A DNA stretch of 64,000 nt, filler included, from Conidiobolus incongruus B7586 (Eukaryota): NCBI GenBank assembly GCA_000697335.1. It is 44 parts of 44 records of this genome, joined end to end, with 100 filler letters (N's around TTAATTAATTAA, not from the genome) between each part and the next. Parts side by side here need not be neighbours in the genome. Positions count along the whole stretch, not along the records: positions 14,336 to 15,723 come from JNEM01002434.1; positions 15,824 to 17,205 come from JNEM01002435.1; positions 17,306 to 18,685 come from JNEM01002436.1; positions 18,786 to 20,165 come from JNEM01002437.1; positions 20,266 to 21,644 come from JNEM01002438.1; positions 21,745 to 23,117 come from JNEM01002439.1; positions 23,218 to 24,586 come from JNEM01002440.1; positions 24,687 to 26,050 come from JNEM01002441.1; 36 more parts are not named here. One strand, 5' to 3'. Of this stretch, positions 14,336-27,417 are shown piece by piece (positions within the stretch are counted from its first letter, which is position 1; each line of letters opens with the position of its first letter). The translations under genes and the position numbers were made by a program. A model generated the notes under the pieces. That model saw only the letters and a program-made list of their open reading frames with translations, had not been told where the DNA came from and searched no databases.

Positions 14336-14366
<31 letters not shown>
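14336..14366. repeat. (TA)n microsatellite
   Basis: Seen directly; similar tracts occur near 31838, 49077 and 54651. Confidence 0.9.
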
Positions 14367-15723
14367 CACTAACCTATAAAAATAAGTTATAAAATCAAAA
14401 TCACTTATATTTTTATTAATAGCTGGATTAATTTTTAATGAAATAGACATAAATTAAATAATTATAATTTATTATATTGATTAATAATATAAATCATTAA
14501 ATGATGATATTTAGTTATTAATTAATTAAAATATCAATCCTTAAATTTTAATTAAGATGAGTTATAAATTTATAGGTTTTTAATAATGAAAAAAAATTAA
14601 AATTTAATATATCTATCTTTAGTTTTTTTAATTTCTTTAAGATTGTGGGGTATAGAGATAATTATCTTCTTATATTAAACAAAACTAATATTATTCTAAG
14701 CTTTTTAAATATACTTTGAAAATTAATCTAATTTTTTATTTGGGGAAAAAATCTTAATTAATTTTTTTAATTGATTTTAAAGATATTCAATTGGGTTAAA
14801 ATTAAGAAATTAAAGAGGTTATTTTATATTGGTTATTTTATTATTTTTAAGCCATTTAATAATAGGATTTATAGTATAATAAAAGATATTATCTTATTAG
14901 AAAACAATATTTGATTTATTTAACTTATATTACTTAATAGTTTTCTTTAATTTATTATTTATAATACTTTAATATATTTCAATATTAATTCCCCCATCAA
15001 CTTTATAAAGATACCTTATACCTAAAAATAATATATATCCTTAAATTATAATTAACCTATTATTATATTTTTGGGTTACAATAACATATTGGTTATAAAA
15101 TGATTTTTTATCTTTTTTCAAATATTTATTTTTTGTATTAAATTTATTAAAATATATATTTGTTTTATTAAACTAATAAGCTTTTTTAGTTAATTTTAAT
15201 ATTGATATTTAAATTATTACTTAATTTATAATAAGATTTCTTTAGTTAAGGGTGTTTTTTCTTAAGATATAAATGATATTTATTCTATTATAAAGCTTAT
15301 ATAATAGTATTAGTATTAATTAATATTCTTATATAGTCTTATAATTCTTGTTATTCTTTTATAATAGTATTATACTTACCTATATTAATTAATCTATAAA
15401 TATATTTTTTATCATCTTTATTTATAATCCTAATACACTTAAGTTTTAGTTTAGGTGTTTTTTTAATATTATCCTTAATAACCCTAATAATAGTAAATTA
15501 GCTAATACTAGTAATTTTAATAATCTCATAAGTTGATTTATTTGCATTATGAATTTGATTAATATATAAGTGAAATTTTTTAAGGAGAGATTTAAATATT
15601 ATAATATTAATTTTAAAATATTAACCTAATAGTTTAATAATATATATAATATAACAAAATATATATATATAAGCTTTGTTATTTATATCTTTTTAACTTA
15701 TAAACCTATAAATTTATAGCTCA
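14367..15723 (-). mobile_element. Degenerate Tc1 family B inserted in a (TA)n tract
   Basis: Starts TA|CACTAACCTATAAAAATAAGTTATAAAATC; retains NPIE (catalytic Glu) and VDGGIN. Confidence 0.9.
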
Positions 15724-15823
15724 NNNNNNNNNNNNNNNNNNNNNNNNNNNNNNNNNNNNNNNNNNNNTTAATTAATTAANNNNNNNNNNNNNNNNNNNNN
15801 NNNNNNNNNNNNNNNNNNNNNNN

Positions 15824-17160
15824 ATAATATATAACTATATTTTTTTCCTTTTTTTGTTATTATTTTATATAATATTTAATAGATATACTATGTTTTTTTA
15901 TTAATATTATTATACTTAAATCCCTCTCTAAAAAAATTTATCTATATATTAATCAACTTTATAAAAAAGATAAATCAACTTATAATATTATTAAAATTAC
16001 TAGTGTCAGTTAATTTACTATAATTAGTGTTGTTAAAAATAAAAATAAAAATAAAAAAACATCTAAAATTAAACTTAAAGGTGTTAAAATCATAAAAAAA
16101 TATGATAAGAAGTATATTTATAAGTTGGTTAATATAAGCAAAAGTAATACTATTATAAAAATATAACAAAAATTATAAAATTATATAAGAATATTAATTA
16201 GCACTGATATTATTATGTATACTTTATGTTAACATAGATACCACTTATAATTTAAAAAAAACACCCCCAATTAAAAAAATCCTACAATAAAATTAAATGG
16301 GAGTTTAAATGTTATTACTAATATTAAACCAAAACTAAATAAAATAAAGTTATTTAATTTAATGAAACAATAATATATTTTAGTAAATTTGATAAAAAAG
16401 CTAGATACTTCAAAAAAATATAAAACTACTTTATAACTATTATGTTAATTTTACCCAAAAGTATAATAGTGGGTTAATTATTATTTAAAGATATATATTA
16501 TTTTTAAGTGTATAATATCTTTGTAAAGTTGATAAAAGAATTAATATTGAAATATATTAAACTATTCTAAACAATAAATTGAAAAAAAACATTGAATAAT
16601 ATAAAATAAACAAATCTAATATTATTTTCTAGTAAGATAGTGCCTCTTATTATATTATATCTTTTATTACCAAATAGCTAAAAAAACAAGATAATAGTTA
16701 TAAAGTAGTTTTTTTAATCTTTTAACCTTAATTTAATTAAACACCTTTAGGATCAATTAAAAAAAGTTATTAAAGTTTTCCCTTTAACAAAAGATTTAAA
16801 TCAACTTTAAAAATATCTTCAAGAAATAAAAAGTAAGATTAACTTTTTTTAGTGTAAAAAGTTAATTGATTCTATACCTTACAAACTTAAAGAAGTAAGA
16901 AAAGTTAAAAATAAATACACTAAGCTTTAATTTTTTTTTAATACCAAAAACCTACAAATTTAAAACTCACCCTAGGTAAAATTTAAGGGTTTATACTTTA
17001 ACTAATTAATAGCTAAAAATCATCAATTAATGATATATATAATTAATAAATATAATAGATTTTAATTATTTAATTTAAGTTTATTTGATTAACTATTAGT
17101 TAAGTTATTAGTAAAAATATAAGAGTTTTTGATTTGATAACGTATTTTTACAGGTTAGTA
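15824..17160 (+). mobile_element. Degenerate Tc1 family B copy
   Basis: Ends ...TTTTTACAGGTTAGTA|TA; contains a transposase pseudogene. Confidence 0.9.
15912..16930 (+). pseudogene. Tc1 DD34E transposase pseudogene (~340 codons)
   Basis: KVI*FNET (VIWSDET), QKYNSGLIII*RY (KHGGGSIMVWGC), IF**DSASY (IFQQDNAPCH), IKHL*DQLK (IEHLW); stops and frameshifts. Confidence 0.92.
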
Positions 17161-17305
17161 TATTAAATAAATATAATAATTTCAATATTTAATACTAATA
17201 ACTATNNNNNNNNNNNNNNNNNNNNNNNNNNNNNNNNNNNNNNNNNNNNTTAATTAATTAANNNNNNNNNNNNNNNNNNNNNNNNNNNNNNNNNNNNNNN
17301 NNNNN

Positions 17306-18685
17306 AGATATTAAAAATAATTAATAAATTGGAAATTAAATTTATATTAAAATTATAATATTTATCTTTTATATCAAGTTTTGTAAAAATTCTATAATTT
17401 ATAATATAATCTTGAAATTTAGTTAAGTTTAATATTAGAGTTTTATCTATAATGGTTTTTTTATTAAAAGCTTGGTAATTAATATAAAAATATCAACTTT
17501 TATCTTTTTTTTTATTAACAAAATAAATAATTCTTAAAATAATATAGAAGGTTTAATAAAATTTTTACTCAATAATTTAAATATTATTTTTTTTAAAAAT
17601 ATTATTCTTTTTAAGAATTATTTAATAAATAGGATAATATATAAGTTAAATTCTAAATTCAAGTTTTTTTATATTTAAAATTATATTTTGAAAATAATAA
17701 AATATAAGATGAAAATATTTCTTTATATGCTTTAATTAATATATATAATAAATGATTAAAAGCTATATTTATATTATTAATATTTGTTGACTTTTTAAGT
17801 TGAGTCCTGGTTGGAGAGGATAATATTTATTCTTGATCTCTGAGTTACCCCATTTTTCCATAATTTACAGTTACAATAAAGTTAGATTTTATTAATTTCA
17901 GAATAATTTAACTAGACAAAATACTTGCACAGATTAGTAACAAAGTATATCTTTTCACTTTTTTTTTCTAAGAAAAGCCAAAATCAATTTATTTTCTAGA
18001 GCAATAAGAATCATCTTTTTATTCAAATGTTTAGTTCCCATGATTCTTCAGATAAGATTAAAATAAATAAATCCTAAATAATAAAATGGTAAAATAGTAA
18101 AATAGTAAAATAGCTGATTAACTCTATTTTTAGCCAATAACTTAACAATATTTATATTTTTTAAGTTAAGTTTAATGTTATTAAAAGAATTAAGGTTTAT
18201 ACAAATTAACTCATTAAATTTATATTATTTTATATTAATAATATTAATAAAAGTAATTTTAAAAAGTATATGATTACCTAACTTAATTTTTAATTTATAT
18301 TAAAGTTAACGTTAGTTATTTCTATATTTAAATAGTAATGGTTTTATTTTAATAAGTTATAAGTAATATAAAAATATTAAGGTTTTTTCAATTATAGTTT
18401 AAAATGGTAATTAGTTGTAAATCTATAAAATATTAAAGATTAGATTATATTATAAGGGTGTAATTATAAACTGAAGGGTTTTATATAGATTAAATATTAA
18501 TAATAAATTAATGGTAATATATTTAGAAGATTATAAAGTTATTTTATCTTTTAAGATGATATTAATAAATCTTATTATATTTTAAAGTTTAATAAGGCAA
18601 TTAAATCTTTATTGATTATTTAATTATTATCTTTAATATTAATGATTATACTAATAAGTTTAAACTTTAAATGTTTAATTATTAA
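17306..18685 (-). pseudogene. Ty3/Gypsy pol relic: aspartic protease plus N-terminal RT, interrupted by a solo LTR
   Basis: The minus strand reads ALLNFKI (ALLDSGA) and YNLIFNIL*I (YDLILGxPW). It then reads LLSKNFIKPS...KKKDKS*YFYINYQAFNKKT...IFTKLDIKDKYY (RT motifs). Confidence 0.85.
17785..18147. mobile_element. Solo LTR family G, 363 bp
   Basis: TGTTGA...TTAACA termini, 5-bp TSD ATATT, GC-richer than the flanks, internal AAAATAGT tandem. Confidence 0.75.
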
Positions 18686-20290
18686 NNNNNNNNNNNNNNN
18701 NNNNNNNNNNNNNNNNNNNNNNNNNNNNNTTAATTAATTAANNNNNNNNNNNNNNNNNNNNNNNNNNNNNNNNNNNNNNNNNNNNTAAAATAATAATTTG
18801 ATTTATTTATTTAAAATATTACTCTATATTTAATAAATTTTAGTTTATTTTTTAAAAGATATATCAATTAGATTATATTTATTTTATTTTGACATTGAAC
18901 TTATATTATGGACTTATTATAATTTTTATTATAATTATATTTAATTTTATTATAAAATTACCTTTATTTATGAAAATAAATTATTTTAATTATTAGTCAA
19001 ACTGAAAAGCCTAAATGTGTTAAATATGTTATTTAAGAGCTTATCATTTATTTATATAAAAATTAGAAATATTATATTGATTATTATATTTGACAATAAA
19101 TTTATCATATATGGTTATAATTTTTTTATTTTTTTAATATTAAAAATCTTCTAAAAGAGATATAATAGGTTTATACTAGATTACATAAAACATAACTTGC
19201 TGAAATTTTATAGTTTAATTAGTTAAATTATAAAAATAATTTTATGAAAAATTTAATAGTTTAATCTATTAAAGATAAAAATGAGAAATTATTATTATAT
19301 AATTTTTAAATTATTAAATCTTAAAACTAATTATTATTAAATTTCAATTTAATGGATAATTTTGTTATGATTTACTTAATTTTTAATAATTTTAAATATC
19401 CCCAATAATTTGATATTATATCATATTACTTATCTCTTACATTAGTAGACATAACTAAATTCCATTCTATTTATTCTTACATATTAATGAAACCAATATA
19501 TTTGAAAAAAATACAAATTATTACTATGTTTAATAAAGATAATTATTGAATTTACCCTAAATCACTAATTGTAATTAAAATAAATTTTATTATTAATGCA
19601 ATACCCCTTCAATTATTATTATAACAACTAACAATGTTATTGCTAAGAAATTAAACTATTGAACCATTTTGTTTTTGAACAAATTTTTTCAAATTTACCT
19701 AAAATCGAGATTATGACTTCCTCTCTATATTGCAGTTATAATTGAAATACAAATCCAAGATATTACGTTAAAATTTTATATGTTACTAAATTGCTCATAT
19801 AGTACCAAGATTATAATGTTATATAATTGGAATCAATGATTTGAATATCAATTAATTTTATATTTGATTAAATATCATCAAGAATTATATTTATATAAAC
19901 ATAGTTATCAACAAGTGTCATTTTTAATTTTATTTTATTGATCCTCTTTTCATAATTTAACTTATATTTATAATATTTAAAAATAAAAATAAAAATTTTA
20001 TAATTTAAATTGGTAAAAAAAAGTCTATAAATTGATATGTCCTTTACCAAATTGGATATATTAATTACCTAATTTGGTAAGTTTAGTATATTTATAATTT
20101 TTACTATAATAATAATAATAATAATAATTTTTTATTAATTTGTTTTTTATAAAATTTTAAATTAANNNNNNNNNNNNNNNNNNNNNNNNNNNNNNNNNNN
20201 NNNNNNNNNTTAATTAATTAANNNNNNNNNNNNNNNNNNNNNNNNNNNNNNNNNNNNNNNNNNNNAATAATAATTTATTTAAGTTTAATA

Positions 20291-21603
20291 TTAATGCAAA
20301 TATTAAGTAATAGCATAAATTTAAAATGAATATTAAATAGATAAATTAATATTAAATATATAAAATTTAATAAATATTATAAAATTAATAGTCTCCTTTA
20401 TTATTAATAAGTTTTTTCTATATTATTGATAAACTTCTAATATTTAAAAAATAGCTCTTTTTATTAAAAATTGAAATTTCATGTTTTATAAACCAATTTA
20501 ATTTGTTTGCAAGAATTTTTTTTCTTGCAAGCTGGTTTTTTAATTATCTAAAACAATTATAATTATATAGGTTATAATCAGGTGAATATATTAGATATGG
20601 TAACTCTCTCTAGTTTTTTTTATATAAAATCTTTTTTAGCTTTAGTTTTATATATTTTGTAATTATTATGCAAAATAATATATATCTTTAATATATATTA
20701 TAAACACTATTTAAAAATTATTTTATTTAAAAAATTAATATATAATTTATTATTAATTAATTTTCCCTGAGATATTAAATAAAAAAACCATATATAATAA
20801 TAATAATTTATTACAATAATTAATATTTATTTATATTGAAAATATTTATTTATTGGAATTTATAAAAAAGATTGATTTAGCTTAACTTAACATCTTCTTT
20901 TATTTTTAAGTAAAGGATTATATAAAAGAATATAAGATATATTAATTATAAGTATATATTATAAAAACCTTTCCTTTTAGTTATATCTTAGTAAATTTAG
21001 TTTAATTATAGCTACTTTAGTTTTTTAAAGTTTTTATTAAATTATAAAATATCTATTTTATATTTTTATTAATTAATCTAAATTTGAACTTAAGTATATA
21101 TAATATATTTATAAAATTAATATCAAATACTTTGATAATTCTTTAAGTGAAATAAAAAGGTATTTTTAATATATTTAATTATTTTATTGGTAAATGAAAG
21201 AATAATAGTAAAAATTAATTTTTTTGATTTTAGCAAATATTAAATATTATCCCTTTTATCTTTAAAATCACAAATCTAGTGATATATGGTAGTTTTAAAT
21301 TAAGCACTATCTTTATAAGTTATTTGCAAGTTTTAGATCAATTTAAAGAATTTATAGTTAAGCTTTATAAATATAAAATAAAAGCCTTTTAATATTCACT
21401 ATTTAGTTTAAATATAATTAAATTTAAGTATAAATTTTAAAATCAAAATATTTTAATAAAAAATCAATTAAAATTAAATATATATATAATTTGAAAAAAT
21501 TTATTTTCCTATAAATTTTATATATAAATAATCTTTCAAAATATATAATATATTTAAAAGATCAGAAATTAAAAAATTTTCCATTATTTAATTTCTATAT
21601 AAT
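20291..21603 (-). mobile_element. Degenerate mariner A2, near full length
   Basis: Colinear with 204-1511; retains YSPD. Confidence 0.88.
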
Positions 21604-22379
21604 TATTTATTACTAAGTAAAATATTTTTAAATTAAAAGAAAAANNNNNNNNNNNNNNNNNNNNNNNNNNNNNNNNNNNNNNNNNNNNTTAATTAATTAA
21701 NNNNNNNNNNNNNNNNNNNNNNNNNNNNNNNNNNNNNNNNNNNNATTTCACATTATAATTAATTAAAAAAATATATTTAAATTATTAAAATTATTGAAAT
21801 ATATAATATTTTTATATTATAAATATATTAATTAAAATATTTATTAAAATTTTTTAATATAAATATCAAGTGTAAAAATTAAGAACAATGGGTTTTATAA
21901 GTTTAAACAAGGAATCACCAGTGGTAAACAATAAATTAATACAGAATTTAAGCAAATTATTAGGGCTCACCAAAATGAATGAAAATAATTTACTATAAAT
22001 CAAGTTCTTTAAATAAAATAAATATCTCACATTTGTCACAATTTTATACTTTTATAAATATTATAAGAATAACTTAGTGACTATATATTTTTGAGATATA
22101 AATAAAAAGATATATTTATTAGTTTATTTTAATTATCCCATATTAGGTTTTATTATTGATTTTTATGGATATAATTGATATATATAAAAAAAATAATAGG
22201 ATCAACTAGTTTATAGGAAGTAATAACTTTAATATGATTTTTTAAATCTTGTGATTGTTAGATTTTCTTGAGTAATTAATATAATAATTCTCTATTATAA
22301 ATTATCTTATATAATTTTAATTTATTTTAGTCTATAATTATTATATAAATATATATTAATAATAAGTTATATCTCAATA

Positions 22380-23117
22380 TTAAAAATTAGATAAAAAGTT
22401 GAATATTATGATTATTAGATATATCAAAAATAAGGATAAGTATTAATAAAATAGATTACTTATAAATCACAAATATCCATAATATCTTTAATCAAGGATT
22501 ATAAAGATTTAATATTATATTAGTTTTTGACTTAATTACTAACTAATAAATTTTAACTTAATAATTCAAGTGATTAATAGATTTATGATAGAAAAAGATG
22601 TCTTTATTATAATGTTTGTAATTAAAGTTATTTATCCATATTAATTTATAGATTATAACTTATTTTTTAAAAAATTAAAGTTCATCAATATCAAGATAAT
22701 AGTTATAAATAACTAATAAGACTTTATTATATATAAATGAATTAAAAATGATATCAATATCTAATAACATTATAAAAGTAACTTGACTAATAAAATACTT
22801 GCTAATAATATATATATTATCCTTAATTTATAATAAATATCAAAAATATTATAAATCAAATTATTTATAAACTATTGATATATTATAATTGATACTTAGA
22901 AATTAATATCAATTGATTTATCTAATATTAATCTATTGTAACTAAAAACCAAGTTATCTTGATATAATAAATATTATATTTTATTTTTCAATAAAAGATT
23001 AATAAATATAAAATATATTAATTATTAAAAAAATTTAAGATGAAAATTATTAATTTTTTTATTAATAATTTAATTAGTTATATAATAAATAAAGTTAAAT
23101 TAAATTATATAATTAAG
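22380..23117 (-). pseudogene. Possible Penelope-like reverse transcriptase relic
   Basis: FIIYQDNLVFS (YxDD-like), KSIDINF, IKDNIYIISKYF and FFKK*V...WINNFN resemble the PLE palm/thumb layout; by eye only. Confidence 0.4.
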
Positions 23118-24789
23118 NNNNNNNNNNNNNNNNNNNNNNNNNNNNNNNNNNNNNNNNNNNNTTAATTAATTAANNNNNNNNNNNNNNNNNNNNNNNNNNN
23201 NNNNNNNNNNNNNNNNNTATATAAATTCAAGATTATGAATTTAACCAATTAAATCAATATTAAATCTGGATTTTTATTAATTATAATTGAGTTTAATAAT
23301 ATTCATATCCTTATATAAATATTGACAATTTGATAATTTCCTAGATATTTTATGCTATATGATTTTTAATCAGTAAAATAATTTCATATTAGATTATTAC
23401 TATATTTGGACAATAATTAATCGATTTTTATGGCAATTTTATGAATACATGTATTTTTTCATGAAATGTAGCAATGTCTATTAGCTAATTATTTTAAATT
23501 TTCTTTTTTAAACTAAATATTTCTGATAATAATCAGTTTTATAGCTAAAGTATCATAAAAGAGATAATTATGTTAATCCCATTCAATCTTTATTATAAAA
23601 GCAATATTTATTAATCAGAAATACAATTAATCTATCGCCAAATCGTAGATCAATCAAATTAGATCATGCAAATTAATATAGATTATTACTATAATTAGCT
23701 TTAATTATAATGTTATAATATATTACTGCATTTTTAATTATTCTTTTAGAATGTAATTAGATTATCTATAAATTGACAAAAGATTAATAATTATTATGAT
23801 ATATTATTATTATATATTTTCTATATTCCGACTGATCTAATATGAAAATAGTCACTAATAATTAATCATTATATTTATAGTTAATTTCCTTTATATGGTT
23901 TAAAATAAAATTTAATATAATAATATGCAAATTTTGATTTTTGTTTAAAATTTATTAAATTTATATATTTTAAATTAAAAATTAGAATTAAAAGTAGAAA
24001 ATTTTATTAAAAAATTCGGATTAATTTTAAATCATTATCTACTTAATATATTATAATAAATTTCATTTTTTTATTTTAGTTTGATTTAATTTATTTTCAA
24101 AAAAGGAAATTTTATTTGACAACAGAAAAATTAAAATTTGAAAAGGATTTGGCATTATATTTAAGCAAAATCAGCTTTTCAAGGTGTAATTAAAGTTATA
24201 CAGTATATTTAATCCATATTAAATTAATTAAATTATTATTAAACATTATCTATTACTCTATTTAGCAAGTTATATCCGATTATTATTCAATTAATGAATT
24301 ACTTTTTTTAGTAACAATTCTTAAATCTCTATTTTAGAAAATATAATATCTCCCAAATTACTGATTTAAATGAATTAACATTAATAGTGACATAATCTTT
24401 CGTATATTATGTTTTACTCAATTTGCTAATATAGTACCTAATATATCATTTTTTTAATTAATTAATCAATTAAAATTTTCATTGTTACAATTTAATTATT
24501 ATATTACATAATGTATATTTATTAATATGAAATTAATTAAATTTAATAAATTATTTGATATCTTAAAATATAAATTTAATAATTAANNNNNNNNNNNNNN
24601 NNNNNNNNNNNNNNNNNNNNNNNNNNNNNNTTAATTAATTAANNNNNNNNNNNNNNNNNNNNNNNNNNNNNNNNNNNNNNNNNNNNATTTTGGTAATATT
24701 TGATTATAATAAAAATGATAAGATATTTTTAATTTATATTTTATTAAAAACATTTTTATTTAAAATAAACAAAAATATACTACATTAAT

Positions 24790-25998
24790 TAGAAATTATA
24801 AATTTTGAATATATATATATATATAATACTGATTTTTAATTAAAAAATTTAATTTTTAAAATTGGTTGTTTATTTTAATTATGCTTAAACTAAATTGTAA
24901 TAATCAAAATTCTTATTTTAATATCTATATAAATTAACCATATCCTTTCTTAAATTATTTAAAATTTATTTATCATTTTTGATAATGAAATATTATTTTA
25001 ATCAATAATTTATTGCTAGATAAATCACTTTAAAGTTAGGAGAACAACTATCCAAAACTTGCCAAAATCTATAATACCAACTCTAACTATTTTATTTATA
25101 TTATTAATAAAAAATAAATATATATTCAAATACACCTTTTAATTTCCTCAAGAGAATTATCTAAATATTTTAATATTAGATTTATCAGAATTATATATAA
25201 ATTCATCTTTAAAATAAATTAATAAATAATAATAAACATTTAATACCTTAGATTTTATTTATAGTTTAAATAGCTAGACTAACTATTAAATAAAATTACT
25301 CAAATATTATTAGAAGACTAAATATTTAAAGGAAAATAATATAATTGATGAAATTTAGATCCTTATATATAATCTTTTATCAAAACATAGATTAATATGC
25401 TATACTTAGCTTAATCAACCCTGTTAGCAAATCCTTTTAAATAAATATTGTATTAATTAGTAAATGTTAATTATTACAATAGATAATAATTAATATATTA
25501 TTCTTATTTAATTCTTAAAGTAAAATTAATTAATAATAAACTTTATATTTTTTAGTTTAATAAAAGTATTTCAAATTGGTGTTTTAATATAATTTAAACA
25601 ATCCTATTATTTTCTATGATAATTATAAAAATATTAACATCTAAACTTATAAAAACTTTTTGATTAAAAAAATCTTAAAGAAATAACAATATCTATTATA
25701 ATTTTTTTTGATTATAAACCTTTGTAATTATAATTGCTTTAGGTTATTAAATACCTGCTTATAGTAAAGAAAATTTCTGCAAGAAAATTTATTTATGTCA
25801 TAAAATATTAAATATTAGTTTTTAATAAAAAAACCATTTATTAAATATTAGACCTTTAATATAAATATAGGAAAAATTGATTAATAATAATAAAACACTA
25901 TTAAAATCATATTATATATTGATTTTTATATATCTTATACTAAATTATTTATTAATATAATATTTTAAAAAATTCCTATTATTAAATATTAAATTTAT
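24790..25998 (+). mobile_element. Degenerate mariner A1-like
   Basis: Colinear with 9899-11223. Confidence 0.85.
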
Positions 25999-26150
25999 TT
26001 TTTTATTAGATTAATTAGATATTATATAAAATTTTAAGTAAATGTTTTAANNNNNNNNNNNNNNNNNNNNNNNNNNNNNNNNNNNNNNNNNNNNTTAATT
26101 AATTAANNNNNNNNNNNNNNNNNNNNNNNNNNNNNNNNNNNNNNNNNNNN

Positions 26151-26800
26151 AAAAGATATAAAAAATTACTTAATACCCAATATATTATTATAATCAAAAA
26201 ATATAATAATAAATTAATTATAATTTAATGATATATATTATCTTTAATTATAAAATATTTTTATAAAGTTAATACAGGAATTAATGTTGAAATATATTAA
26301 AATATTTCAAACAATAAATTGAAAGAACTATTGAATAATATAAGCTTAACAAATTAAATATTATATTTTATAAAAATAATACCTAATATTTTATTATAAC
26401 TTTTTCTAATAAATGGCTTAAAATTTACAAAATAATTGTTATAAAATAGATTTCTTAATCACTTAATCTAACATAATTTAATATTTTTAGGATTAATTAA
26501 AAAAAATTAATTAAAGATTTTCCTTTAACAAAAAATATAGATTAATTTTAAAAATAAATTAAAGAAGCTTAAAATAATATTAATTCTGCTTAATATAAAG
26601 TTCTAGTTAAAATTATATCTTATAAATATAAGATGGTTAGAAGAACAGAATATAACTATATTAAATATTCATTATTTTATTAATTTTAAAATTTAAAAAT
26701 CTATGACTTATTTTAGATAAAGTTTTAATTTTAATGTAATAAATAAAAATTAATTCATTTAGTTTTTTATAATATATAATAATTTAATGATATATTTTAA
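26151..26800 (+). mobile_element. Tc1 family B 3' half
   Basis: Colinear with ~16420-17050. Confidence 0.8.
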
Positions 26801-26837
26801 TTATATATTTTAATATAAATTTTTTTAATTTTATAAC

Positions 26838-27417
26838 TATCAATCCCTCCAAGTAATGTTTCTTTATTTAGCTCAGATAATATATTATAGTGTTCACTTA
26901 TTTTATTAACAAGACATACTATATAAATAAGTGTTAATACTTTATAAGTAAACCACAGGTTTGGTCCAATGGTAAACCTGAATAGTCTCTTAGTCAATGT
27001 TATCATACAAAGTATAATCCAAGATAATATATAAATGAATAGATTTCCAAACAAAGCAACATTTGTCTCTTCTTCTAACTTAGGTGGAGGTGGTAAAAGT
27101 TAGCTCCATATTATTCAATTAATCTTAATTTATTACTTAACAAACTGTTTATTTGGTTATTATATCAAATGTTTTACACCCTGATATTCTGTTGAATAAA
27201 AGGGCAATTTATAATATTATTGATATTGATTATAATGGTAGCCAAGTCTTTACCTAAACTTATTTGTCTTATCAAAAATAAGGTATTATTGATAATTAAC
27301 AACAAAGTATAAATTATTTATGTAAAATCAATTATTTGTACCTCAAGAAAAGCAATTTAATCAGTTCAATTAATAATACCTTGAAAGATTTTTAATATAA
27401 TATTTTAGATTATAATA
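26838..27417. mobile_element. Solo LTR family D, 580 bp
   Basis: Same length as 32348-32927. TSD ATAAC/ATAAT; termini TATCAA...ATAATA (decayed TG...CA). Confidence 0.75.

Noticed and set aside
20044..20080. Hairpin TTACCAAATT...AATTTGGTAA
   Set aside because: Single occurrence with an AT-rich 10-bp stem and no supporting context.
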